A stretch of 63,150 nucleotides of DNA, counting the filler, from Phoronis australis (lineage: Eukaryota; Animalia; Phoronida): the NCBI GenBank assembly GCA_002633005.1. It is 4 parts of 4 records of this genome, joined end to end, with 100 filler letters (N's around TTAATTAATTAA, not from the genome) between each part and the next. Parts side by side here need not be neighbours in the genome. Positions count along the whole stretch, not along the records: positions 59,869 to 63,150 come from NMRA01003110.1; 3 more parts are not named here. One strand, given 5' to 3'. The notes under the pieces are model-generated. The model ran no database searches. It saw only the letters and a list, made by a program, of their open reading frames with translations, and was not told the DNA's origin. Positions 62,480 through 63,150 of the stretch are shown piece by piece. The stretch's first letter is position 1, and each line of letters opens with the position of its first letter. The translations under genes were made by a program, and so were the position numbers.

Positions 62480-63150
62480 AAGAATATCGTCGAGGGCTGA
62501 TTAAAGGCACTTGGGCCTTAAAATGTTCCATAGGATAACACCTTACCCTGGAGGTGTTCTACAGATAAACAACATGATATGTCATGTCATGTCATGACAA
62601 CACGCCCCATGCGCTTTGCAGCGTCATCTGGTTTTAAATTGGATCAGTGATCACTACTATGATAATTTATTTTGTTCGGAAACGTGTGTACTTTTCAAGG
62701 AAACTGTGCCAACACCCTCCTAAATGGTTTTACGGCTGCTCATGGAGCGAGTTCTGTTGGCAACTCACCGTGCTGTGGTCACGTTTGACTCTCCCTTCAT
62801 AGCTGGAGCTCGTTTACACACCGCACTAAAACATAGGATGTCGCAATCATCCGATAATGACCGTTAACTGTGATCAACATCAATATAATCTGCTGTAATT
62901 GGCACAAATGATCAAATTTTGTTTGTTTGCACAAGAATTTGGATACATTACCTGCGAGGGGCGTTATAAAGCAACTACATGCAGTTTCTTGCAGGAACAA
63001 AGATATGACGTCAAATTATTCTAAAATATTTTTCCGATATTTATTATCATTGATTAATAAGTACAAAAACAAACAAACAATTACACCTATTCATTCACGC
63101 ATGCACACCTCATGAGAGACCATTCTCGTATCTCGTATCTCATATAAAGT

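Noticed and set aside
62272-62538. Repeat protein (LTSPERL x3)
   Set aside because: A by-product of a tandem repeat with unit length divisible by three; no ATG at the listed start and no splice support.
1-63150. Recurrent TACATGTA octamer as a locus-specific signal
   Set aside because: Scattered without spacing or positional pattern; more likely a genome-wide compositional feature.

Overview
This is animal nuclear DNA: AT-rich, with GT-AG introns, dense repeats and several assembly gaps. The transposon mix and frequent TACATGTA suggest a marine invertebrate, probably a lophotrochozoan (inference only). Two host genes are clear: an intact single-coding-exon GT31 beta-1,3-glycosyltransferase (47269-48309, +) and four phase-0 exons of a FAM81-family gene (58673 to 54569, -). 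A damaged multi-exon gene for a secreted Cys-rich protein (PAN/apple-like then WSC-like motifs) runs from 34774 to about 27900 (-). Most of the rest is nested mobile DNA: a full-length but defective Ty3/gypsy with about 120-bp LTRs and a CTTTC TSD, an ISL2EU-like THAP plus SAP/YqaJ relic, three Kolobok-type elements, two Academ elements, Harbinger, Tc1 and LINE fragments, MITEs and minisatellites. The best leads are three tandem decayed copies of a gene with weak Mab-21/cGAS-like-receptor motifs (tentative), a Kolobok built from two inward-facing left ends, a Kolobok in which THAP and KolX-like frames may overlap on opposite strands, and a 55-bp hairpin with a perfect 10-bp TSD. No CRISPR array, rRNA gene or intact tRNA gene was seen, and I found no firm evidence of a wholly new biological system. 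All family assignments are by-eye motif recognition; no searches were run.
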